Both the position numbers and the translations under genes were made by a program. A DNA stretch of 64,000 nt from Ignavibacteriota bacterium (GTDB lineage: Bacteria > Bacteroidota > Ignavibacteria > Tepidaquicellales > OLB5). The stretch lies in NCBI GenBank assembly GCA_003820375.1, contig RPQH01000016.1, positions 11 to 64,010 on the forward strand, in the 5' to 3' direction. Shown here in pieces: positions 34,169 through 42,777 of this stretch (its first letter is position 1; each line of letters starts with the position of its first letter). The notes under the pieces were generated by a model, which saw only the letters and a list, made by a program, of their open reading frames with translations, ran no database searches and was not told the DNA's origin.

Positions 34169-36308
34169 TTTGCGTTATCTTATTAATTTCTTTTATTGAC
34201 TTATCCAGCAGATCACTTATGACCATATAATTATGAATACCACCGCTTCCATCTGTTTTGATTGCGGCTATTAATTTTTTAGCTGTCTGAACTTTACCTT
34301 TATCTTCTTCACTTAAATTAGAATTCTGTACATTTGCAATTAGACCTGATAAATTTTTTATTTTTGAACTAATATCACTTGTCCACTCTGCTTTCATGCC
34401 TTTGTAAGAAGCATCATGACAATCGGCACATACAGTTTCTTTCGGCTTTGATATTACATTTTTATCAGGTGCGTGGCAGTCTTCACAGGAAACTCCAGCG
34501 GTTTTCATAATATCACTTTCACCTTTTGTACTTGCAATATTGCCGCTGTACGTACCGTTCTGTACCGGGTGACATTTACTGCAATCTTTCCGCAGTTCTT
34601 TATCCTTATGATGACAGCTTGTACAAATATTTGCTTTAATTTGTACTTTGGTAAAGTCTGTATTTGTATGACAGACTTTGCACTCTATATTACTCTTTTT
34701 GCTGTGTAAGCCATGCGGAAAATTTATTGAACCGTATTTTATATTTTCCGGTACTTTATCAAAATTCTTATGACATGACTCACAGTCATTTTTTGTTACA
34801 ATAAGCTTTCTGTGTTCCTGGTCCGAGTGACATTTGGTACACTGTAAAAATTGTTTATGTGTCTGATGAGGAAATTTCTCATCGTTGAATTTTTCTATAC
34901 TCTTCGGCGTTATAGCAAAATGACAGAGGTTGCAGTATTCACTTCCATCGGATAATAATTTACTTCTGCCTGCTTTGAAATTACTGTTTCCGAGACGCTG
35001 TGCAATACCTTCAAGATTACTTGCAGTATTTTTTAACAGGCGGTAAGCATAGTCAACATTGTGAACTGCTTTACCGTTAATCACAAGATTCAAATTATTT
35101 TCCGCATCATCAAGATAATTTTTTTCCGCATCCACATTTTTGCCCTGATTTCTGGCATTATCAACCATCTGCCTCACACTTGTTATACTCGGTGATATTG
35201 TTTTAATTGCTTCATCAAATGAACTTATCCATTTATCAAGCATGCTGCCATAGTTATCGGAGTGGCATTTTACACATGATTGTCTTTTCTCGCTTAATTC
35301 ACTCTTTCCGTCATTATTTAAGTCCAGGTGGCATCCTTCACAGGAAACCTGTGCCGCAAACATTCTGCTCAAAACACTGGTTACACCTCTGCCTTCACTG
35401 CCTATATACATTTCTCTTTGCGGAGAATGCTTGAGTGTATGGCAGTTCTCGCAGTTTGCTTCCAGTGAGCTTATCATCTTTACCTTGCCGTGGCCAATTG
35501 AATTATGGCACTCTTCACAGTCAACTCCATTTTTGGTAATATGAACATTGTGTATCTTTTCATGGTTATCAAACTCCGATGTTCTTTCAACATGGCATTT
35601 GAAACATACTTTCTTATTTACTTCAGCATTACCGGTAGTTACATCTACATGGCACTGAGAACAATCTACCCCGATTTTCAAATAACTTTCATGGCTGAAC
35701 TGAAATCCTTTATGCTCAACAACTTTACGGGGAATTCCATGGCATACATTACAGCTTGTAGCTGAGTGACCTCTTTCAGAACCTTTGAAGTGGCATGTAA
35801 AACATACGTTTTTATTTATTTCAAAATGCTCTTGTTCTTCACCTCTTGCATGACAGCTGGTACAGCGGAGTTTTTTACCTCTTTTTAAATCACCTAAATG
35901 GTCTGAATGATTAAAAGAAATATTCATCTCAAATGCTGTGTTCTTTTTCAGGTCCTGCGATTCATGGCAATCCAAACAAACTTTATCATCTACTTCAGCA
36001 CGCGGACGGGGATTATATGACCCTGCAATATATCTCAGTAAATATGGAGCAGTTAATATTCTCCTGCTCGGATGGCATGTAACACATGACACATCTTTAT
36101 GCTTTGAGTGCGTTGACTGCTCGTAATACGGCTTCATGTAATGACAAACCACACAACCCGGTGAGTAAGCTGAAACAAAATAGTATGCCGCATTTATTAT
36201 AATTAAAAACAAAAACGCTCCGGCAAACAGCTTTATTATCGGATGCTTATAGTTTTTTACCCCGGTATAAATCTTATTCAGAAGATCCTTTATGTTATAC
36301 CTTTTCAT
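34158..36308 (-). CDS. NapC/NirT-like membrane-anchored multihaem cytochrome (20 CXXCH), paralogue of 32108-34168
   Basis: Same architecture: TM, then CVVCH...CVTCH. Helical inserts VHNVDYAYRLL and IHNYMVISDLL. Confidence 0.85.
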   Translation of the reverse strand: MKRYNIKDLLNKIYTGVKNYKHPIIKLFAGAFLFLIIINAAYYFVSAYSPGCVVCHYMKPYYEQSTHSKHKDVSCVTCHPSRRILTAPYLLRYIAGSYNPRPRAEVDDKVCLDCHESQDLKKNTAFEMNISFNHSDHLGDLKRGKKLRCTSCHARGEEQEHFEINKNVCFTCHFKGSERGHSATSCNVCHGIPRKVVEHKGFQFSHESYLKIGVDCSQCHVDVTTGNAEVNKKVCFKCHVERTSEFDNHEKIHNVHITKNGVDCEECHNSIGHGKVKMISSLEANCENCHTLKHSPQREMYIGSEGRGVTSVLSRMFAAQVSCEGCHLDLNNDGKSELSEKRQSCVKCHSDNYGSMLDKWISSFDEAIKTISPSITSVRQMVDNARNQGKNVDAEKNYLDDAENNLNLVINGKAVHNVDYAYRLLKNTASNLEGIAQRLGNSNFKAGRSKLLSDGSEYCNLCHFAITPKSIEKFNDEKFPHQTHKQFLQCTKCHSDQEHRKLIVTKNDCESCHKNFDKVPENIKYGSINFPHGLHSKKSNIECKVCHTNTDFTKVQIKANICTSCHHKDKELRKDCSKCHPVQNGTYSGNIASTKGESDIMKTAGVSCEDCHAPDKNVISKPKETVCADCHDASYKGMKAEWTSDISSKIKNLSGLIANVQNSNLSEEDKGKVQTAKKLIAAIKTDGSGGIHNYMVISDLLDKSIKEINKITQNGK

Positions 36309-37239
36309 TTTCTTCGTCTTTCTCCGCAGCTCTTTGCTTCATAATTTCTTCATATTCAAGCGGATGCTCATCAAGCATCTCTTTTTTTGTTACTTTACCG
36401 TTCAGCCAAACTTTGCTCATAGGAAACTTATGAGGATTCAGATGGACATTATAAAAATGCCATCCTATAATTACAAGCGTAGCGAGCAAAGCTTCATCGC
36501 TGTGCATTTCGCGTGCTATTGCATGAACATAATTTGTTACCATGTCCGGTCCGAATGAAAGATTTATTTCACCTATCCAAACAGGCTCAAACTTCCCCTG
36601 GAAAAGCCACATAATTGTTCCCGTTCCAATCATCATAATCAATCCCCAGTAAACAGCCCAATAATCGAATTTCTCTACATAGCTGAACCTGCCGTATTTA
36701 ACTTTTTCCTTCCTTATTCCCAGGTAATATTTTAGCTGGTTTATTACATCACTGAAATCCCTTAAGCTTGGTAAAAGCTCATAAAAATCTTTTCTTCCGG
36801 CCCGTGACCAGAATGAATATATTAGATGATAAACACCCACAAATATCATGACCAGTGCAAACAAGTGATGAACTGCACGTGCTCCCGGGGGACCTCCAAA
36901 CCAGTTAATAATGAACTGGAAAAAATCACTTTTCGGAAATTTCAAAGGAATGCCTGTCAGTATAAGCATTACTGTTGATGACAAAAGCAAAATATGCTGG
37001 AATCTGAAATTCCATCCAAACCTTGTAAATACTTCTGCCTTATCTTCATTCTTTGGGTCATCCTTTTTTTCAACAGGAGTTTCTATTATATCAGATTCAT
37101 TCTTTTCCTTTTCAAGAAGCTCTTCATATTCATGGCTCACTTCTTCGCGTATTTGCAGCTCAAGCTCACTAAGCTTTTTCTGCAAACGCTTGTTGACTTC
37201 CTCATTAATTTTATCTTTTATTTTCGTTTCTTCTTCCAT
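36295..37239 (-). CDS. b-type cytochrome membrane subunit (FdnI/HydC, Ni_hydr_CYTB-like) with an acidic/basic N-terminal extension
   Basis: RFGWNFRFQHILLL, four TM helices with conserved His (VHHLF, YHLIY, EMHSDE, WHFYNVH). E/K-rich first 70 aa. C-terminal PMSKVWLNGKVTKKEMLDEHPLEYEEI. Confidence 0.7.
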   Translation of the reverse strand: MEEETKIKDKINEEVNKRLQKKLSELELQIREEVSHEYEELLEKEKNESDIIETPVEKKDDPKNEDKAEVFTRFGWNFRFQHILLLSSTVMLILTGIPLKFPKSDFFQFIINWFGGPPGARAVHHLFALVMIFVGVYHLIYSFWSRAGRKDFYELLPSLRDFSDVINQLKYYLGIRKEKVKYGRFSYVEKFDYWAVYWGLIMMIGTGTIMWLFQGKFEPVWIGEINLSFGPDMVTNYVHAIAREMHSDEALLATLVIIGWHFYNVHLNPHKFPMSKVWLNGKVTKKEMLDEHPLEYEEIMKQRAAEKDEENEKV

Positions 37240-37247
37240 GATACCCG

Positions 37248-38318
37248 TTAATGTATTGTTTTATGCTTTAGCCGTTTTATCAGGTCCAGTATTACATGGA
37301 TGGCAAGCATTGTCAGTGTAATTATTGTTAGCCATTTAAATATTGAGCTGATATAATAAATCGGACCGGATTCCTCTGAGTGAGGATTAATATGTATTAG
37401 TCCTTTTGTATAATTTACATTTGCATCCTGGTGGCAATTGCCGCAGGTCTTTACAATGTTATTTGCATGAATTGTAGAGCGCGGGTCACTTTGCGGCCTG
37501 ATATCATGAATACCATGGCAGCTTGCACAATTTGCAACTGTCTTTTCACCGAACTGAACCGCTATACCATGATAACTCTCTTCATATGTTTCAATCTTAT
37601 CTGAGCTTATTCCGTATCTCTCTGTTATTACTTCCGAAGCATGGCAGTCTCCGCATGTGTTATATAGAGCAGTTTTATAAACCGATGATTTGGGGTCGTC
37701 TTTTTTCCTTATAGTATGCTCACCATGGCAATTGGTACAAACAGGGGCATCACTGTTGTTCTGCTCAAACAATGCTGTGCCATGAATGCTATGGCTGTAA
37801 GCACTGTAAATATCAAGATGGCACTGCCCGCACATTTGTGTTATTTTCTTCTTCATTTCTAATTCGGAAAGTGAAGACCTTTTTTTAATATCATGTGAGC
37901 CGTGGCAAGTCTGGCAAATAGGAGTATTAAGATTTCCTTTTAACCTTTCCTGCTGGTGAACGCTTTCCTGGAACTCAGTGTATTTTTCCGTCTCGGGTGC
38001 ACCTACTGGATTATTTTCAAAATGACAGCGTGTGCACTGAACTTTTTTTACATCTTTTTTATGTCCAAGTGCGGTTATTTCTACTATGTCACTGTGGCAA
38101 TCATAACAATTTACGGTGCTATGCGGTGATGTATTTAATGTGCTGTCACTTACATATAAAAATTTTAAATGTCCGTCTTCGGTTTTAGTGCTGAACCCGG
38201 GCTTTCCATGGCATATCAGGCATTTTTGATTCTGTATCTGCGAATAAAGAACAGGTGATATTCCAAATACAATGACAAATACCATAAGTATTGCAATATT
38301 TATAAAACTTTTTCTCAT
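37248..38318 (-). CDS. 9-haem c-type cytochrome with a C-terminal TM anchor
   Basis: Signal peptide, 9 CXXCH motifs (many as C..CHG.H.I), C-terminal hydrophobic WLTIITLTMLAIHVILDLI. Confidence 0.9.
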   Translation of the reverse strand: MRKSFINIAILMVFVIVFGISPVLYSQIQNQKCLICHGKPGFSTKTEDGHLKFLYVSDSTLNTSPHSTVNCYDCHSDIVEITALGHKKDVKKVQCTRCHFENNPVGAPETEKYTEFQESVHQQERLKGNLNTPICQTCHGSHDIKKRSSLSELEMKKKITQMCGQCHLDIYSAYSHSIHGTALFEQNNSDAPVCTNCHGEHTIRKKDDPKSSVYKTALYNTCGDCHASEVITERYGISSDKIETYEESYHGIAVQFGEKTVANCASCHGIHDIRPQSDPRSTIHANNIVKTCGNCHQDANVNYTKGLIHINPHSEESGPIYYISSIFKWLTIITLTMLAIHVILDLIKRLKHKTIH

Positions 38319-39016
38319 TGTTTATCAGATACAAATTCTTTTCCGTAAATTTCTTCATATTCTTCCGGATGCTCGCTCTGCAGTTCCTGCTTGCTAATTT
38401 TTCCTGTGAGCCAAACTTTATTCATTGGAAAAATTTTCGGTGAAAGGTGAACGTCATATATGTGCCATAGAAACAAAACAATAAATATCAGTATACCTTC
38501 GTTACTGTGAACAACCCCGGTAATATCCCATAACCATTTTGGAACTATCATGGCAATACCCCATACTTTGAGCAAAAGAATCAAGCCTGTAACTATCATT
38601 ACAGCACAGCCGAGCACAACTCCCCAATACTGGAATTTCTGAGATATGTTGTATCTTCCTGAACTCGGCTTATTTGTGTTAAGCCCCATGCTGAACTTTA
38701 AGCCGGGTATTAATTTTTTAAAATCTTTTTTCCGGAATTTAAGATGTGAGATCTCTTTGTGTCCTTTATCCGAAAATGTAATATAGAAGGCATGATATAC
38801 ACACAAAGCTATGAGTATAAATGCAAAAAGATTATGAAGTCTTCCTCTTCCCTGAAGACCGCCTTCTATTTCTATCATCATTCTGCCTAACCATGAATCG
38901 TAATATGTCAGCGATAAACCGGTTATCAGCAGCATTATTAATGATACAAATAAAATAACGTGTTGAATACGTTCTGACAGGTTAAACCTGATTACGTATT
39001 CTTCCTGAGTTTTCAT
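38315..39016 (-). CDS. b-type cytochrome membrane subunit (FdnI/HydC-like)
   Basis: RFNLSERIQHVILF, His-bearing TM helices, C-terminal PMNKVWLTGKISKQELQSEHPEEYEEI. ATGA overlap with the downstream 9-haem gene. Confidence 0.75.
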   Translation of the reverse strand: MKTQEEYVIRFNLSERIQHVILFVSLIMLLITGLSLTYYDSWLGRMMIEIEGGLQGRGRLHNLFAFILIALCVYHAFYITFSDKGHKEISHLKFRKKDFKKLIPGLKFSMGLNTNKPSSGRYNISQKFQYWGVVLGCAVMIVTGLILLLKVWGIAMIVPKWLWDITGVVHSNEGILIFIVLFLWHIYDVHLSPKIFPMNKVWLTGKISKQELQSEHPEEYEEIYGKEFVSDKQ

Positions 39017-39057
39017 TTTGTAATGATTATTTTATGGCTGTTTGTTGTTCTTTTTAA

Positions 39058-39942
39058 TTATTTTCCGGCATCCTTTTTAGGATTTATTTCTTCAGCCGGT
39101 ATATTATTATTTCCTTTATCTTCTTTTTTATCTTTTTCAATTTTTATTTCTTCAGGTGCAGGCTTTTTTTCTTCTTTTTTGATATCTTTCTTTTTGATAT
39201 CCTTCTTACCGGTATCTTCTTTTCTGATATTTTCTTTTTTTGTTTCTTTAGCCTGTTCTTTTTCAATTTCTTCAAGCTCTAAAGGATGTTCATGTTCCAT
39301 TTCTTCGCGTGTCAGGTATCCTTTAAACCATGCTTTATTCATCGGGTAAACATCAGGGTTATAAATCACGAAATAGAAATGCCATACAAATATAGCAAGT
39401 GAAGCAAGGATTGCTTCGTAATAATGAATCGCAGTAGCAATATCCATTCCTGAATTTGAAATTACCGGGAGAAATGTGTTTTCAAACCACAACACGCCGC
39501 CTGTAGCACCCATAACAATTGTACCCCATGCAACTGCCCAGTATTCCGCTTTTTCTATATAGCTGAATCTTCCGAACTTGGGTCTGACCTTTGTTTTGCC
39601 TATATAATATCTGAATGCATTATTAAGATCTGTTAAGTCCTGTTTCCTGAACCACATATCTATAATAAATTTTCTGCCTCTTTGGCTGAGTATCACATAG
39701 AATATGTGGTAAAAAGATACTGCGACCATTATTACTGCAGCTATCCTGTGAACATCTCCTCTTAATTCAAAAGCATTTTCGCCAAATAAATTAAATAAAC
39801 CTCTGACCCAAAGGGCTTCCGGAAATTTTAGTGCAAAACCCGTTATTACTAATGTGATGAAACTGGTTAATAGAAAGAAATGCTGTATCCTTTCATTTAA
39901 CGTCATCCTTAAATATTTTTCTTGTTGTTTCTTACTGCTCAT
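39058..39942 (-). CDS. b-type cytochrome membrane subunit (FdnI/HydC-like) with a K/E-rich C-terminal tail
   Basis: LNERIQHFFLL, His-bearing TM helices, PMNKAWFKGYLTREEMEHEHPLELEEI, then a Lys/Glu low-complexity tail of about 65 aa. Confidence 0.75.
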   Translation of the reverse strand: MSSKKQQEKYLRMTLNERIQHFFLLTSFITLVITGFALKFPEALWVRGLFNLFGENAFELRGDVHRIAAVIMVAVSFYHIFYVILSQRGRKFIIDMWFRKQDLTDLNNAFRYYIGKTKVRPKFGRFSYIEKAEYWAVAWGTIVMGATGGVLWFENTFLPVISNSGMDIATAIHYYEAILASLAIFVWHFYFVIYNPDVYPMNKAWFKGYLTREEMEHEHPLELEEIEKEQAKETKKENIRKEDTGKKDIKKKDIKKEEKKPAPEEIKIEKDKKEDKGNNNIPAEEINPKKDAGK

Positions 39943-39956
39943 CTTATCAAATGAAA

Positions 39957-41864
39957 TTATTTTTTCTTTTTAAATTTCTTTGAGAAATCAACTACGTTGT
40001 GTAAAACCATACCGCCAATTACAGCTATAATCATAAATATGTAAAAGTTGGTTACCCAATACATCCACGGATTTTCTTCTTCAGGTTTGACAATATGTAT
40101 CGGTGTATTGAAGAAAGCCGTTACTGCACCGGGATGACACTTTCCGCATGTTTCAGGTAAATTCTTTTTGCTGATTGTTGATAATGAATCCGTTGACGGC
40201 CTGATATTATGGTTACCATGACAGCTTTCACAATTAGCTGCGACTTTTGAACCGCCTCTTACAGCAAGTCCATGGAAACTTTCCAGATAAGACTCGGTTC
40301 TTCCGGTTGGAAGGTCATATTTCTCTGTCATCTCAACCGAGTTATGGCAATCTGAACATAACTGCACCAATCCTTTAGAGCTTGCAATCCTGCTTTCGCT
40401 TTCATCTTTCTTCAGTATCTGGTGGTTACCATGGCAGGTATTGCAGGTAGGTGCATCCGGATTATTTTTATCTAATAAAGACTGTTCATGTATGCTTCCA
40501 TTATAATCACCCAGTTGTTTTGTATGGCAATCTGATTGTCCGCATGTTTTTGCAATATTTTTCTTGTATATCTGAGCTTCAGGGTCATCAAACTTTTTCA
40601 TTTCATGTGCACCATGGCAATCAGAGCATGTTGCGGCATTCAGCTTTCCTTCCTGCAGTGCCCTGTAATGATAGCTGTCTTTATAATTGCTGATAAGAAC
40701 TTCTTCGCCTTTATAATTTTTATGAGGCAGCTTCTGGTCAACATGACAGCTAAGGCAAAGCTCAACCTGGTTTAATTTTGTAAACTCTTTTGATGATACA
40801 ACGGATTTAATATTATGCTCACCGTGGCAGCTTGCACATGTGGGTGCTTTGAAGTTACCCTTCATCAGCTCTGTACCGTGCTGCGATTTTTTAAAATGTT
40901 CAACTTCCTGCTGGTGGCATTTCCCGCATGTTTCAAGCATTTTGGCACGGATTGTGGATGCCTGTGGATTGTTCGGGTCCTGTATCATATGGTCACCATG
41001 ACAATCGGAGCAGCCGGCTGCTTCTTTTCCGCCTTTTTCAATTGAGGCGTGCACACTGGTTTTATAATCCGCAACAAACTTAGCAGACCCTCTGCCTTCA
41101 CCCGGGAACAGCTTTTCATCCAAATGGCATTTTAAACAGCTCTGTGATTCAATTGTCATCTTGCTTGTTAAAATCTGGTGTGAGCCGTGGCAATCTGTAC
41201 ATGTTGGAGCATTTTGGTTTCCCGATTGCAGAACAGTCTGGTGAACGCTGTTGTTAAAATTCTTTTCATGAGAGCCGTGGCATTTACCGCAAGTTGCGGC
41301 AACTTCATTCTTTGAAATTTTCTTTGAGCTGTGTCCGCCTAAGTGACAGCCTTCACAACCTACATTCTTTTTTGCATGAATGCTTGTTTTATATTGCTGT
41401 ATGCCTTTTGTATTGTGGCATTTCTGGCAGTTTTGCGTTTGATTTACTCTTATCTCTTTGCCGGGTGCTACATCATGTTTTGTATGGCAGTCGTAACAGT
41501 TAACCTGCTTATGAACACCGGCTTCAATTCCTTTTAAGCTTTCCTGGTGGCAGCTTTTGCAATCAACTTTTACAGGAGTTTTTGAATGAGGCAGTTCATC
41601 AGGGTTGTAACCTGTATGGCAATCAACGCATTCTGCCATGGAATGCACGGACTTTTTATAAGCTGCCGGATTGACATACATAGATACTTTTTTCCCGTTC
41701 CTGTCAGCAGTCAGGTCAGGGTCTTCATGGCATGCAAAACAAGCTTCTGTGTTTTGGGCTGAGAGTTTCACATAACCGGCGGCGAATAATGAAATAAAAA
41801 CAACTGTGCCGGTAACAAGTAAGCCGAATAAGATATTCCTTAAAAATTTATATCCTGGTTTCAT
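39957..41864 (-). CDS. 19-haem c-type cytochrome (18 CXXCH + 1 CX4CH) with a C-terminal TM anchor
   Basis: Signal/anchor at the N-terminus, motifs counted by eye including CGQSDCH, C-terminal hydrophobic FYIFMIIAVIGGMVL. Confidence 0.9.
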   Translation of the reverse strand: MKPGYKFLRNILFGLLVTGTVVFISLFAAGYVKLSAQNTEACFACHEDPDLTADRNGKKVSMYVNPAAYKKSVHSMAECVDCHTGYNPDELPHSKTPVKVDCKSCHQESLKGIEAGVHKQVNCYDCHTKHDVAPGKEIRVNQTQNCQKCHNTKGIQQYKTSIHAKKNVGCEGCHLGGHSSKKISKNEVAATCGKCHGSHEKNFNNSVHQTVLQSGNQNAPTCTDCHGSHQILTSKMTIESQSCLKCHLDEKLFPGEGRGSAKFVADYKTSVHASIEKGGKEAAGCSDCHGDHMIQDPNNPQASTIRAKMLETCGKCHQQEVEHFKKSQHGTELMKGNFKAPTCASCHGEHNIKSVVSSKEFTKLNQVELCLSCHVDQKLPHKNYKGEEVLISNYKDSYHYRALQEGKLNAATCSDCHGAHEMKKFDDPEAQIYKKNIAKTCGQSDCHTKQLGDYNGSIHEQSLLDKNNPDAPTCNTCHGNHQILKKDESESRIASSKGLVQLCSDCHNSVEMTEKYDLPTGRTESYLESFHGLAVRGGSKVAANCESCHGNHNIRPSTDSLSTISKKNLPETCGKCHPGAVTAFFNTPIHIVKPEEENPWMYWVTNFYIFMIIAVIGGMVLHNVVDFSKKFKKKK

Positions 41865-42211
41865 TTTTCTACAAATATTTCATCAAGCGTTTTTACTAGT
41901 TCGCTTAATCTTAACGGTTCAGATATATATTTTACACCTTTATCTTCGTTCTTTTCAGAGTCAAGAGAGGGCAGGCAGATCATGGGAATCCCAATAAACC
42001 TGTTTTTTATCATATCCTTAGTATCTTTACTGATATCCACATCCATGATAATGCAGTCATAATCATAACCAAGTTCATCGAAAATTTGTTCATCAACCTT
42101 ATATGCATGACAGCATGAAACCAAATAATTTGACAATGTAAAAGTTTTCTTTATTAAATTGCAAATTGGCGGTTTAAGGCAAAATATTAGTACTTTGAAT
42201 TGTTTTCCCAT
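41861..42211 (-). CDS. Degenerate CheY-like receiver (pseudo-receiver) protein, first gene of the cytochrome operon
   Basis: FKVLIF..., DCIIMDVDI (Asp at the phospho-acceptor position), IPMICLPS, ISEPL. It lacks the N-terminal acidic pair and the conserved Lys. ATGA overlap with the next gene. Confidence 0.4.
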   Translation of the reverse strand: MGKQFKVLIFCLKPPICNLIKKTFTLSNYLVSCCHAYKVDEQIFDELGYDYDCIIMDVDISKDTKDMIKNRFIGIPMICLPSLDSEKNEDKGVKYISEPLRLSELVKTLDEIFVEK

Positions 42212-42254
42212 AACGGTATTATTATATATATATCAAAATCATATAATAGAGTTT

Positions 42255-42270
42255 GACAATTATAGTGCCA
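42255..42270 (-). promoter_or_regulatory. Sigma-54-like promoter (TGGCAC-N5-TTGTC) upstream of the cytochrome operon
   Basis: The reverse complement of 42255-42270 reads TGGCACTATAATTGTC, about 45 nt upstream of the ATG at 42211. The -24 element is perfect; the -12 element is TTGT rather than TTGC. Confidence 0.4.
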
Positions 42271-42446
42271 TTATTTTTTGGTTTTTTTCGCCAAAATTAA
42301 AGGTTTTTGAGGAATAATTTAAAATTAAGAAGATTTTGGGGATTTTTTCCTCAAATAAGTGGTGAGAATTTTACTGTAATTAGGATGTATTTGGGAGTTT
42401 TTTAGATTTTAATGATTTTATTTTTGTTATATTTTAAAAATTATAT

Positions 42447-42695
42447 ATGGAAAATAAATCAGGAAACGGATTAGAACCTCAGGATTTCACCCAGTTACTT
42501 AAAGATTATAGTAATAAATGGGTAGTTTTGTCATTTGATGAAAAAGAGGTTATAAAATCGGGAGATGCCTATGATGATATCATGGATTTTACTGATAAAG
42601 GAATTGTTATGCTTGTACCTGATAACTCTCAAACATTTTTTAACCATAAGATTAAGTGTTTAAAATATCATACTCAAAATCAGTTCTACTCTTAA
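42447..42695 (+). CDS. Hypothetical small protein (82 aa)
   Basis: Clean ORF. No confident domain. Confidence 0.4.
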   Translation: MENKSGNGLEPQDFTQLLKDYSNKWVVLSFDEKEVIKSGDAYDDIMDFTDKGIVMLVPDNSQTFFNHKIKCLKYHTQNQFYS

Positions 42696-42777
42696 GTTAT
42701 TTGCCGAAATCGAATAATTCTTTACAATTTATATCATCCTATCCAGATTCTAAAATAAAGGTTTGGGTAAAGCTTGA

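Noticed and set aside
36292-37321. Plus-strand ORFs 36292-36558, 36911-37321 and 36994-37251
   Set aside because: They are antisense to the b-type cytochrome gene and its E/K-rich extension. They are low-complexity Ser/Phe/Leu products.
39023-39349. 108-aa Ser/Phe-rich plus-strand ORF
   Set aside because: It is an antisense shadow of the Lys/Glu-rich tail of the b-type cytochrome gene 39058-39942. It is pure low complexity.
42253-42290. Plus-strand sigma-70-like TTGACA box overlapping the proposed sigma-54 element
   Set aside because: It cannot be excluded as the promoter of the 82-aa plus-strand gene at 42447. However, there is no good -10 element at 17 bp spacing. It is kept only as an alternative explanation that lowers confidence in the sigma-54 call.
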